Below are positions 28,514 through 37,822 of a DNA stretch of 64,000 nt, one piece after another. Origin of the DNA: Candidatus Eiseniibacteriota bacterium (lineage in GTDB: Bacteria; Eisenbacteria; RBG-16-71-46); NCBI GenBank assembly GCA_963717505.1, contig OY970342.1, forward strand, positions 960,001-1,024,000, read 5' to 3'. Each line of letters begins with the position of its first letter. The stretch's first letter is position 1. Both the position numbers and the translations under genes were made by a program. The notes under the pieces were generated by a model. The model had not been told where the DNA came from, searched no databases, and saw only the letters and a program-made list of their open reading frames with translations.

Positions 28514-29125
28514 CTACGCCGCCGCCGCCGCCGGCCGGCGCGAGGTGCCGCGCTTCCACTCGAGCCACTTGACCCAAGCGTTCTCGAACTCGTTCGCGAC
28601 ACTGCTGCCGTTCACCGACTTGAACACGCCCATCGGACGTTCGGTGCAGGCGCGCGCGAACGGCGCGTAGACTCCGACCGCGCGGACCTGAACCACGCTG
28701 TGTCCCGGCGCGGGGTCGCGGTCGGCGCCGGCGCGCGTGGTGAACGTGACCTGGTCGCCGTTGGCGTAGGTGGTGACGATGTCCATCCAGCGGCCGGAGG
28801 TTGCATGGTCGTAGAGCGCAGCGTGCACGCAGTGAGTCGGGTGCGCGAGCAGCCGGATCGTGACGTCGCGGGCGCCGTCGAACGTGAAGCACCCCGCGTC
28901 CTCGAAGCCCTGATCGGTCAGCGCGTTCGCGGTCCGCTCCAACCACTCGGACACGACGATCGACCGCCTCTCGAGCGGCACGACCCGGATCGCCTCGGGA
29001 AGCCGTGAGGCGTCGAACAGCCTCAGGTACGCGGGGGGCCGAGTCCGCGCGCGGCGGCGGCGATGAACGCCCCACGCAACGCCCGCAACGGCCAGCACAC
29101 CCGCAGCCAAAGCGAATCCGTTCAT
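28514..29125 (-). CDS. Membrane-anchored hypothetical protein
   Basis: RBS GGAGAG; N-terminal TM helix followed by RRRR; fills the gap between genes. Confidence 0.65.
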   Translation of the reverse strand: MNGFALAAGVLAVAGVAWGVHRRRRARTRPPAYLRLFDASRLPEAIRVVPLERRSIVVSEWLERTANALTDQGFEDAGCFTFDGARDVTIRLLAHPTHCVHAALYDHATSGRWMDIVTTYANGDQVTFTTRAGADRDPAPGHSVVQVRAVGVYAPFARACTERPMGVFKSVNGSSVANEFENAWVKWLEWKRGTSRRPAAAAA

Positions 29126-29373
29126 GGCGCTCTCCCGGCCACGCGGCCTGGAATTCGCCTGCCACGATCCCAAGGCTGCAGGTTTCGTACCGTGCGCCGA
29201 ACCCCATCTGCGAACGCATCGTCCGCTGCCCCGCGCATCCGGCTTCCGCCCGCATTCCGGGCGGGTGAATGTCGCGATCACCCACCACTCGCGTAAGCCC
29301 TTGCGAGTGCGCCCGGGTGGGCGATTGCGCGCGCAGCATTGCAGGCTGCACGGAGCCCGCATACGGTTCGCCC

Positions 29374-30306
29374 ATGCCGGAACTTCCGGACATCACTCTC
29401 TACGTCGAGCATCTCGAGCGTCGGATCGCCGGCGCCACCCTGGTCAGCGCTCAGGTGGTCGGCGCGAACTTGCTGCGGACGGTCGAGCCGGCGCTCGACG
29501 CCGGGCACGGACGGCGGGTGCACTCGGTCGACCGGATCGGCAAGCGCATCGCGATCGGCTTCGAAGGCGGGCTCTACTTCGTTCTTCACCTGATGATCTC
29601 TGGGCGCCTGCAGTGGCGGGACCGGGATGCTCCCCCTCGGCGCGCGGCCGCACCCGCTCCCGGTCGCCCCCGGCCCCGACTCGGACGCAATGGCCTCGCG
29701 GCCTTCGAGTTCTCGACCGGCCTCCTGACGCTGACCGAGACCAGTCGCCACCAACGCGCGGCACTCCACGTCGTCCAGGGCGAATCGGCGGCCCGATCCC
29801 TCGGCGCCGGCGGGGTCGAACCGCTGGAAGCCGACGCGGCGGCATTCCGCGCGGCGTTGGGCCGCGAGAACCACACGCTCAAACGCGCGCTCACCGATCC
29901 GCGCATGTTCAGCGGGATCGGCAACGCCTACTCCGACGAGATCCTGCATCGCGCGCGCCTGTCGCCACTCCAGTGGACGTCGCGGCTCGACGACGGTGAG
30001 ATCGAACGATTGCGCGACGCCACGCGCGCGGTGCTGGTCGAGTGGACCGACCGGTTGCGCCGCGAGTGCGGCGACGCGTTCCCTCGAGAAGTGACCGCTT
30101 TCCGCGAAGGCATGGCCGTGCATGGCCGGTTCCGGAAACCCTGTCCGGCGTGCGGAACACCGATCCAGCGCATCGTCTACGCGGAGCACGAAACCAACTA
30201 CTGCGCGCGCTGCCAGACCGGGGGGCGTCTGCTCGCGGACCGCGCTCGGTCGCGTCTGCTCGGCAGCGATTGGCCGCGCACGCTCGAGGAGCTGGAGGAG
30301 CGCTAG
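29374..30306 (+). CDS. Fpg/Nei family DNA glycosylase/AP lyase
   Basis: MPELPD start, GK, HLMISG, GIGNAYSDE H2TH, CPAC...CARCQ zinc finger. Confidence 0.92.
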   Translation: MPELPDITLYVEHLERRIAGATLVSAQVVGANLLRTVEPALDAGHGRRVHSVDRIGKRIAIGFEGGLYFVLHLMISGRLQWRDRDAPPRRAAAPAPGRPRPRLGRNGLAAFEFSTGLLTLTETSRHQRAALHVVQGESAARSLGAGGVEPLEADAAAFRAALGRENHTLKRALTDPRMFSGIGNAYSDEILHRARLSPLQWTSRLDDGEIERLRDATRAVLVEWTDRLRRECGDAFPREVTAFREGMAVHGRFRKPCPACGTPIQRIVYAEHETNYCARCQTGGRLLADRARSRLLGSDWPRTLEELEER

Positions 30307-30385
30307 GAGATCGCTGCGCGCCCGGCGGCGCCCTTGGACTCCGGTGCCGCACTCGCGTGTCGCAAAGCGTTTGACGTCCCGGCGA

Positions 30386-31423
30386 CTACGCCGCGCGGCG
30401 CAGATTGCGCCAGCGGGCGGGCTTACCCTGATGATTCCAGACCGCGCGCGAGTGCGGGAGGAACTCGATGGGACGCGCGTCCGGATTCGGCTTCTCCTCG
30501 CGCTCGGCGGCCTCACGGGGCGCGACCATGAACGCCCAGCCGGTCTCCGCGTCGCGGGCCAGCTGTGCGGCGAGCCGCAAGGCGCGCAGGTACTCGAACA
30601 GCGCGGCCCCGAGTGCCGCGACCTGGAGCGCGATCAACGGCCAGCGCCGGCGCAGATAGTCCCCGATCGCGGAGGGCTGGAACAGCAGGATGCCGATCCA
30701 CGCGACCAAGCCCAGAATGCCGATCAGCACCCAGTGATTTGGCCAGCGCAGGTGCCGGATGTGCTCCTCCAGCTCGCCGCGTTCCGAGTCGTTGAGCGTG
30801 CGACGCACGATCTCGGCGTCCGGGGCGCCCTCGAGCCACGCGACCTCACGCGGCACGGAGACGCGCAGCGAGTACTGGGGTAGTGCCGCGACCTCGCTGA
30901 GCGTCACCGGCTCGAAACGAACCTCGCGTCCGCGGCGGACCATCACGCATGACGACACCGGGAGCACGTCGAGCCACTGGGTTACCCCGGGCTCGTCGCG
31001 CAGGACCCCCGCGGCCAGCAGGCGCGCCTGCTCGTCGTCGAGGGTTTCGCCGTCGTCGATCCGGCCGGCAAAGCGCAGCAACTCGCCGTGTTCGAGGTCG
31101 CCACGGAATCGGGCGCGTTCGCGCCAGCGGTCACGAATGACCAGTCCGAGCACCGCTGGGAGCACGATCGCAGCCAGCAGGACGCCGGCCCCACGCATCA
31201 CCAGGTCCAGGGTCGAAGGGGCCGCGGGGCCCCAGGTCAGCAGGGTGAGCGCGGCGAGCATCGTGGTCGGGATCCCGGCGAGTGCCAGCCCCAGGTCTCG
31301 GGAATGCAAGGCAATCGAGCGCTCGAGGATGGTGCGCTCGGCCACGGTATAGGGCCGGGATTCCTCGAGTCGGAGCCCGGCGCACCAGTGTTCGGTCCGA
31401 AGGTCGTCGCGCTCGGCTGTCAT
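30386..31423 (-). CDS. Hypothetical membrane protein with internal duplication (two TM hairpins)
   Basis: Repeated unit R..T/N..ER..LE..I / 2 TM / R...D.E.G / ..LP.S..V; start at MTAERDD. Confidence 0.7.
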   Translation of the reverse strand: MTAERDDLRTEHWCAGLRLEESRPYTVAERTILERSIALHSRDLGLALAGIPTTMLAALTLLTWGPAAPSTLDLVMRGAGVLLAAIVLPAVLGLVIRDRWRERARFRGDLEHGELLRFAGRIDDGETLDDEQARLLAAGVLRDEPGVTQWLDVLPVSSCVMVRRGREVRFEPVTLSEVAALPQYSLRVSVPREVAWLEGAPDAEIVRRTLNDSERGELEEHIRHLRWPNHWVLIGILGLVAWIGILLFQPSAIGDYLRRRWPLIALQVAALGAALFEYLRALRLAAQLARDAETGWAFMVAPREAAEREEKPNPDARPIEFLPHSRAVWNHQGKPARWRNLRRAA

Positions 31424-31524
31424 GCCATGAGTAATCGGCACGAATCGGCCGGCGGACCAGGGGCTTGCCCTGATCCGCCGCTTGAATAACGCACTCTCCC
31501 CCGGCCTCCGACGGCGACTTTCAT
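31420..31524 (-). CDS. 34-aa small ORF (leader peptide or truncated gene remnant)
   Basis: Strong RBS AGGAAGGAGGAAAACC-ATG; MKVAVGGRGRVRYSSGGSGQAPGPPADSCRLLMA; stop overlaps the next ATG. Confidence 0.4.
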   Translation of the reverse strand: MKVAVGGRGRVRYSSGGSGQAPGPPADSCRLLMA

Positions 31525-31605
31525 GGTTTTCCTCCTTCCTTCGATGGGGGATACTCCTCGGGTCTTCATCCCATGGCTTAAGCGGGCGCCAGTGGGAAGG
31601 GACCG

Positions 31606-31635
31606 TTCTAAAACCGGTCTAGTATTGCTTTAGAA
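31606..31635. promoter_or_regulatory. Inverted-repeat operator candidate
   Basis: TTCTAAA-N16-TTTAGAA, AT-rich in a GC-rich background, between divergent genes. Confidence 0.65.
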
Positions 31636-31687
31636 TGAACCCCACTCCAGCCGCGTCCGCAGTGTGTCGCAGAAGTGAGGTAATGCC

Positions 31688-32374
31688 ATGGAATCCAAAG
31701 ATCTAGCCCGTCAGGTCACAGCCCTGGCCGTCCTGAACGAGCCGGCCCGCCGGAGGCTCTATCTCTACGTAGCGGATCAGGATGGAGAGGTCAGCCGCGA
31801 GGAAGCGGCGCAGGCGATAGGGATCTCTCGTCCCCTGGCGGCCTTCCATCTGGACAAGCTGGTCGAGGCCGGGCTCCTGGAATCCGACTTTCGAAGGCTC
31901 TCCGGTCGGTCGGGGCCGGGGGCCGGGAGGCCCTCGAAGCTCTATCGCCGGGCAACCGCCCAGTTCGATGTCAGCCTGCCGCCTCGTCGCTACGAGCTGG
32001 CGGCCCATCTCATGGCGAAAGCCCTGGCTGAGGCTGGGGCCATCGAGCACCTGATCGGTGCGGCTCGCGACTGGGGAAAGCGGTTGGCCTGCGACCTGGC
32101 GGCGAGCGCCCGCGAGCTGCTGCCGATGAAGCGCGCCACCCACGCGCTGGAGGCCTGCGGCTTCGAACCTCGCTCGAAGCCGTGCGGAACGGTGGTCCTG
32201 CACAACTGCCCTTTCGCCTCGCTGCGCCGGGATCGCAAAGAGGTCATCTGCAACATGAACCTTGCCCTGGTTCTGGGCCTGCTCGAAGGGTTGGAGCTCC
32301 GCGGAATCGAGGCGCGGCTCACTCCCAGCCCGGACGCCTGTTGCGTGACGCTGGTCGATCAACCGAAGGAATAG
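31688..32374 (+). CDS. ArsR-like HTH regulator with Cys-bearing C-terminal domain (SufR-like architecture)
   Basis: AFHLDKL, GAGRPSKLY, HNCPF, IC.MN, CC. Confidence 0.87.
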   Translation: MESKDLARQVTALAVLNEPARRRLYLYVADQDGEVSREEAAQAIGISRPLAAFHLDKLVEAGLLESDFRRLSGRSGPGAGRPSKLYRRATAQFDVSLPPRRYELAAHLMAKALAEAGAIEHLIGAARDWGKRLACDLAASARELLPMKRATHALEACGFEPRSKPCGTVVLHNCPFASLRRDRKEVICNMNLALVLGLLEGLELRGIEARLTPSPDACCVTLVDQPKE

Positions 32375-32401
32375 TCCCCGCCGCGGAGCGGGCTTGGATC
32401 A

Positions 32402-33580
32402 CTAGACGCGCTCGAACAACACCGCCATCCCCTGTCCGCCGCTCACGCACAGGGTCGCGATCCCGTAGCGGCCCTTGATGCGCTCCAGCTCGGACAGCAG
32501 CTCGACGACGATGCGCGCGCCGCTGCAGCCGGTCGGATGGCCGAGCGCGATCCCGCCACCATTCGGATTCAAGCGCTCACGATCGAACTCGAGCTCGCGG
32601 TCGCAGGCCAGGACCTGTGCGGCGAACGCCTCGTTGAGCTCGACCACGTCGACCTGGCTCAGCGACAGGCCGTGGCGGTCGAGCAGCTTGCGCACCGCGG
32701 GCACCGGACTGATGCCCATGCGCGCCGGGTCGACGCCGACCGAGGTGTAGCCGAGCAGCGCCCCGAGAGGCTCGGCGCCGTGGCGCTTGGCTGCGGCTTC
32801 CGACAGCACCACGATCGCCGCGGCGCCGTCGGTGATCGCGGAGGCGTTGGCCGCGGTGATCGTGCCGTCCTTCTTGAACACCGGCCGGAGCTTCGCCATC
32901 TCCTCGAGCGAGGCATCGGCGCGGAAGTGCTCGTCGCGTTCGACCGCGGTCGCGCGCTTGCCTTCGCCAACCGTCACCGGGACGATCTCGCGCGCGAAGC
33001 GCCCTTCGCTCCATGCGCGCGCTGCACGCTGATTGCTGGCGAGCGCGTAGCGGTCCTGCTCCTCGCGCGGAATGCCGTATTCGACCGCCAGCGTTTCGGC
33101 GGTCTCGCCCATCAACTGGTTGCACAGCGGGCACAGGTAGCCATCACGGTACATGCTGTCGACCAGCGTTTCGTCGCCGAGCTTCTTGCCCCAGCGCACG
33201 TCGAGCGCCAGGAACGGCACGCTCGACATGTGCTCGGTGCCTCCCGCAAGCACGACGTCGGCATCGCCGAGGCGGATGCTCTGCGCCGCCGACACGATCG
33301 ACTGGAGGCCCGAGGCGCATGCTTTGTTGATCGTGTACGCCGGAACCTCGTCGGGAAGTCCGGCGCGGCGTCCGATCTGGCGCGCGATGTTGGGGCCGTT
33401 GCCGGCCTGGCGCGCGCAACCGAAGATCACTTCGTCGAACGCCGCGGCGGGCACCCGCGAGCGCTCGACCGCGGCGCGAGCCGCAGCGCCGCCCAGGGCG
33501 GCAGAGCTGGACTGGGCCAGTGCGCCGCCGAAATTGCCGATCGGAGTTCGTGTGGGTGCGGTGAGCAGGACTCGCGTCAT
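32402..33580 (-). CDS. Acetyl-CoA C-acyltransferase (thiolase)
   Basis: NKACASG, NEAFA, GHPTG, LCVSGGQG. Confidence 0.95.
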   Translation of the reverse strand: MTRVLLTAPTRTPIGNFGGALAQSSSAALGGAAARAAVERSRVPAAAFDEVIFGCARQAGNGPNIARQIGRRAGLPDEVPAYTINKACASGLQSIVSAAQSIRLGDADVVLAGGTEHMSSVPFLALDVRWGKKLGDETLVDSMYRDGYLCPLCNQLMGETAETLAVEYGIPREEQDRYALASNQRAARAWSEGRFAREIVPVTVGEGKRATAVERDEHFRADASLEEMAKLRPVFKKDGTITAANASAITDGAAAIVVLSEAAAKRHGAEPLGALLGYTSVGVDPARMGISPVPAVRKLLDRHGLSLSQVDVVELNEAFAAQVLACDRELEFDRERLNPNGGGIALGHPTGCSGARIVVELLSELERIKGRYGIATLCVSGGQGMAVLFERV

Positions 33581-34596
33581 GTCCACCGGCGGAAGAACAG
33601 GGCTTCCTTGGCGATCGGCTCGGTGCGCGCGGTCAGCGCCGCCATTTCATTCGCGTTGATGGGATTGAACGAGCGGGCGAGCGCGATGTTCTCCTCGAGC
33701 TGAGCGATCGAATCGCAGCCGACGATCACGGTGCTCACCGGCAACGACAACACGTAGTCCATCGCCTGGCGCATGGTGATCCGGCCCTTGCCGCTCCCCG
33801 AGTGCGGCGCGGTCGAGATCAGCCGTCCGCGTGCCGGGACCTTCATGCCGATGATTCCCATTTTCTTCTCGACCGCCATCGGCAGCAGCTCGGATGCGAA
33901 ACTCAGGTGGTGCGGATCGGCGGCATTGAGCGCCATCAGGATGGTGTCGAACGGAAAGCGATGAATCGCCTCTTTCAGCACGTCGGGATCAGCATGCCCG
34001 GTGACGCCCAGGAAACGCACGATCTTCTGCTCGCGGGCCTGCAGCAGCGCTTCGACCGCGCCGCCGGGCGCGAAGATCCGATCGACCTGTTCCATTCGCT
34101 CGAGGTTGTGGATCTGCCACAGGTCGAGGTGGTCCGTCTGCAGCAGCTCGAGCGACTTCTCGAGCAATCTCAATGAACCGTCGCGCGTGCGGTCGTGCGT
34201 CTTGGTCGCGAGGAACGCTTCCTTGCGACGCCGCACCATGACCTCGCCGATGTAGCGTTCGCTCCAGCGCTCGTCCCCGCCGTAGCGTGCCGAGGTGTCG
34301 ATGTAGTTCACGCCCAGGTCGAGCGCACGATCGATGATCGGCACCGCGACGTCGGCGTTGTGGACTTCCTCGATCGCGCTCTGGCCACCGAGGCTGAAGA
34401 GGCCGACGCGGTATCCGGTCTGTCCCAGATTGCGCGTGGGCATTTCGGGCTTGGCGGCCGGAGCGACTTTCTTCGACGGCGTTTCCGCGGCGTTGGCGAG
34501 ATTTGCTGCCAGGAAGCCGAGGCCCCCGGCGGTGCCCAGCTTGAGGAAGCCGCGGCGGTCGAGACCCTGGGCGTCACGGGGTTCTTGCTTGCTCAT
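33577..34596 (-). CDS. Aldo/keto reductase with Tat signal
   Basis: DRRGFLK; IDTS..Y, ATK, DLWQIH, GVTGH, GMK. Confidence 0.92.
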   Translation of the reverse strand: MSKQEPRDAQGLDRRGFLKLGTAGGLGFLAANLANAAETPSKKVAPAAKPEMPTRNLGQTGYRVGLFSLGGQSAIEEVHNADVAVPIIDRALDLGVNYIDTSARYGGDERWSERYIGEVMVRRRKEAFLATKTHDRTRDGSLRLLEKSLELLQTDHLDLWQIHNLERMEQVDRIFAPGGAVEALLQAREQKIVRFLGVTGHADPDVLKEAIHRFPFDTILMALNAADPHHLSFASELLPMAVEKKMGIIGMKVPARGRLISTAPHSGSGKGRITMRQAMDYVLSLPVSTVIVGCDSIAQLEENIALARSFNPINANEMAALTARTEPIAKEALFFRRWT

Positions 34597-34800
34597 GAGG
34601 TGCCTCGGTCGTGGATGGTGTGACGTGGCCGGCTCATTCTAGCGCCATCCCGGGCAGCGAACACACCGCCCGCGGCGGGTGGCTCATGCGAGGCGGCCGC
34701 CCTACCAGGCCCCGGCACCGCGAAAACCGTGGACGCTAGGGTTGCGGCTGTGCTCTGCTCTTGGTGGGTCTTCTGTCACGCCCCTACCCCCGAGAGCCGC

Positions 34801-37800
34801 ATGTCCACTCGATCCGTCCTCCGCTGGTCCGCCCTGGCTGGGTTGCTGCTGTTGCATTCGCCCGTCGAGGCAAGGGGCAACCGCCTCGGTCTCCCGCGAA
34901 TCCACACGACGGACATCGCGCGCCGCATCGACGCCAATCAGATCAACATGTGCGCGACGAACGTCGGCTCGTTCGCATTCAACCTGTCCACCGGAGACGC
35001 CGGACTCGAGTACCCGAAGGGCTCTGGCATCACGTCGATCTTCGCCGCGGGATTGTGGATGGGCGCGCGGGTCGGCGGCGAGACGCGCGTGGTGGTCGCC
35101 GAGTACTCACAGGAATTCGGTCCGGGCGCGATGTCGGGCGGAACGTTCACCGATCCCTCGCTGCCCGCCTACCGCGTGTACAAAGTCGCGCGGTGGTCCG
35201 GCGATCCGCAAGACAGCGCTCATGTCGATCGTGTGGCTCCCGGCCCTTTCGAGGACCCGCTCGTTCATGACTCCTGGAGCGAGTACATGGCTGGTGCCGT
35301 TCCGTTCGGCGCCCCGTGGCGCCTGCATCGACTGCCCGACCTGAACACGCCAGCGCCCGACGACTCGGTCGACGTTCCCGGCCCCGAGGTTCTCGGCGAC
35401 CAGATGCTGTGGACCGTTTACAACGACGCGAATCCCTCGAACCATTACAACAATGCCGGCAACTCGCCGCCTCTTGGCATCGAAGTGCAGCAGTTCGTCT
35501 GGGCCTTCAACCAGTCCGGCGGGCTGGGGCGAACGGTGTTCATGAAGTTCAAAATCATCAACAAGGGCGGCAACTCTCTCGAGGACGCGTACGTCTCCCT
35601 GTGGAGCGATCCCGACCTGGGGGGCGCGGCCGGCTTTACCGACGACCTCGTCGGTTGCGACACAACGCTCGATCTCGGCTACGTCTACAACGCGACCAAC
35701 AACGATGGCGGCTATGGATCCTCGCCGCCGGCGTGCGGATTCGTGCTGCTTCGCGGCCCGGCGACCGGCTCAGACACGCTGCGCATGACGGCCTTCACCA
35801 AGTACATCAATGGCACCGACCCGACTGCGAACCTCGATTCCTACAACCACATGCAGGGTTTGTTCGCCGACGGTAGCCCGATCGTCGATCCGACCACTGG
35901 GTTCGAGACGCGCTTCATGCACTCGGGCGAGCCCGTGTCCGGAATGGGGTGGCTGGATTCGAATCCCGCCGATCGCAGGATGATGGTTTCGTCCGGGCCA
36001 TTCCACATGGCCCCCGGCGACACTCAGCAGGTCGAGTACGCGATCGCGATCGGCCAGGGCAGCAATCGGCTCGCTTCGATATCGGACCTCAAGACGCTTG
36101 CCGCAGAGCTCAAGGACCTGGTGCCACCGCCACCACCGCCTACTGCGCTCAACTGCCCGCGGGACCCAGATTACTGGAGCGTGCAGTGCGATCCCTCGGA
36201 AGCCGAACTCAGTTCCAGCGCCGTGGATTCGATCGCCGCGTACGTGAATCAGGGATCTCTGCTATTCGACTGGTTGGCGCCGCGAAACGAATTCTGCGCG
36301 GCGATTACTCCTGCCGAGCCGGTGGACCTCCGTGCCCAGGCGAAGCGCGAGTTCGCGGCGTTACTGGCGAACTACGGCGCCGGCGTGCTCGACATCGTCC
36401 CCCCGGGCGGCTCGACCATCGAGCTGCAGCCGCAAACACCCATCTCCTGTCCCGGCATGGCCGCCGTCAACATCGAGGGGCTGGTGGCGATCGCCACGCC
36501 GAGTATCAGCGTGCGAAGTGCGGACTACCTCGATCTCAATCCCGACCATCGGCGGGCTCTCGAGGGGCTGGACTGGGGAGGCGCCGGGTTCGGAGGCGGC
36601 GCGGCAACCTTGTGGGAATTCTTCGGTTCGAGCCTCGATCCCCTGGCACATCCCGACTCCTTCGTCACCGTCGAGATTCGTTTCTCGCCGACCGAGACTC
36701 AGTACGCCTACCGGTACTTGCGGCTCGAGCAGGTCGATGGTTCGCAGCCGGTCATCGGTCGCGGGTATCCATACGGTGGCTTCCGCACCGTCCCCTTCCA
36801 GGCGTGGGATGTGCGCAACAACGTCCAGCTCGACGTTGCGTTCGTCGAGCGCACGATCACCGACGCCGACGGCACGATCCTGCCCCCGGCTCAGCAGCCG
36901 GCGACGTTCGATTCGACCTGGATGCCTTCGTCGGATCCGCTGGACCGCGAGTATCTGATCGTGATCTCGCGACCCTATGGAGACGCCGCCAAGGCCGAGT
37001 TGGCCATCGACGGCCTGCCGATCAGCGGGGTGATGCCCGGGCTCTATGTTCTGTGGTCGTATCTGCGTACCCCCGACGACGTGATCGACGACGGCGACGC
37101 GTTCGAATTCGTCTGGTCGCCCTACAGCGGCCCCGGCGTCGACACGCGACTGCTCGAGCTCGAGGGCGAGCCCCTGTCCGACCCGTCGGTGGAAGCCGCG
37201 TACGCCGAGATCATCGCGTGCGTCGGCAATGTCAACCGCGGCATCGGGCTGGAGAACCCGTGCGACAAGGTGACGCCCGTCCTGGTGTCGCTGGTTGACG
37301 CGTTCGCGGAACCCACCGGCGTCACGCTCGCGTGGCAGGTGTCGGGCACGGGACTTCCGGTCGTCCTCGAGCGCCGCGAGTCGCACGGCGACTGGGCTCC
37401 CGTGGCGATCCTCAGCGCCGACGGCACCGGGATGATCCGCTACCTGGATCGTGACGTTCTCCCCGGCAACCGCTATGGCTATCGCCTCCAGTTCGACAGC
37501 GACGGCGTCGTGGTGACGCAAGGCGAAACCTGGTTGGACGTTCCGGTTCGCGATGCCCTGGCGCTCGCAGGCTTCGTCCCGAATCCGGCGTCTCGGAACC
37601 CGTCGGTCGAATTCCTTCTGCCCTCACGCGATCGAGCGCGACTGGAGCTGTTCGACGTGCAGGGACGCAGGATGCTCACCCGCGAAGTCGGCCAGCTCGG
37701 GCCGGGCCGTCACGTGATCTCGCTGGAAGGCGCGGTCCAGCTGGCGCCGGGAACCTACTTGATCACGCTCACCCAGCGGGGACAGACGACCCGCCGCAAG

Positions 37801-37818
37801 GGCGTCGTCGTCCGCTAG
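34801..37818 (+). CDS. Large secreted multidomain protein with C-terminal T9SS/FlgD-like domain
   Basis: Signal peptide; GLEYPKG, PLGIEV, WSDPDLG, DRRM..SSGPF; tail PNPA...LFDVQGR...PGTYLI...KGVVVR. Confidence 0.85.
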   Translation: MSTRSVLRWSALAGLLLLHSPVEARGNRLGLPRIHTTDIARRIDANQINMCATNVGSFAFNLSTGDAGLEYPKGSGITSIFAAGLWMGARVGGETRVVVAEYSQEFGPGAMSGGTFTDPSLPAYRVYKVARWSGDPQDSAHVDRVAPGPFEDPLVHDSWSEYMAGAVPFGAPWRLHRLPDLNTPAPDDSVDVPGPEVLGDQMLWTVYNDANPSNHYNNAGNSPPLGIEVQQFVWAFNQSGGLGRTVFMKFKIINKGGNSLEDAYVSLWSDPDLGGAAGFTDDLVGCDTTLDLGYVYNATNNDGGYGSSPPACGFVLLRGPATGSDTLRMTAFTKYINGTDPTANLDSYNHMQGLFADGSPIVDPTTGFETRFMHSGEPVSGMGWLDSNPADRRMMVSSGPFHMAPGDTQQVEYAIAIGQGSNRLASISDLKTLAAELKDLVPPPPPPTALNCPRDPDYWSVQCDPSEAELSSSAVDSIAAYVNQGSLLFDWLAPRNEFCAAITPAEPVDLRAQAKREFAALLANYGAGVLDIVPPGGSTIELQPQTPISCPGMAAVNIEGLVAIATPSISVRSADYLDLNPDHRRALEGLDWGGAGFGGGAATLWEFFGSSLDPLAHPDSFVTVEIRFSPTETQYAYRYLRLEQVDGSQPVIGRGYPYGGFRTVPFQAWDVRNNVQLDVAFVERTITDADGTILPPAQQPATFDSTWMPSSDPLDREYLIVISRPYGDAAKAELAIDGLPISGVMPGLYVLWSYLRTPDDVIDDGDAFEFVWSPYSGPGVDTRLLELEGEPLSDPSVEAAYAEIIACVGNVNRGIGLENPCDKVTPVLVSLVDAFAEPTGVTLAWQVSGTGLPVVLERRESHGDWAPVAILSADGTGMIRYLDRDVLPGNRYGYRLQFDSDGVVVTQGETWLDVPVRDALALAGFVPNPASRNPSVEFLLPSRDRARLELFDVQGRRMLTREVGQLGPGRHVISLEGAVQLAPGTYLITLTQRGQTTRRKGVVVR

Positions 37819-37822
37819 TCGG

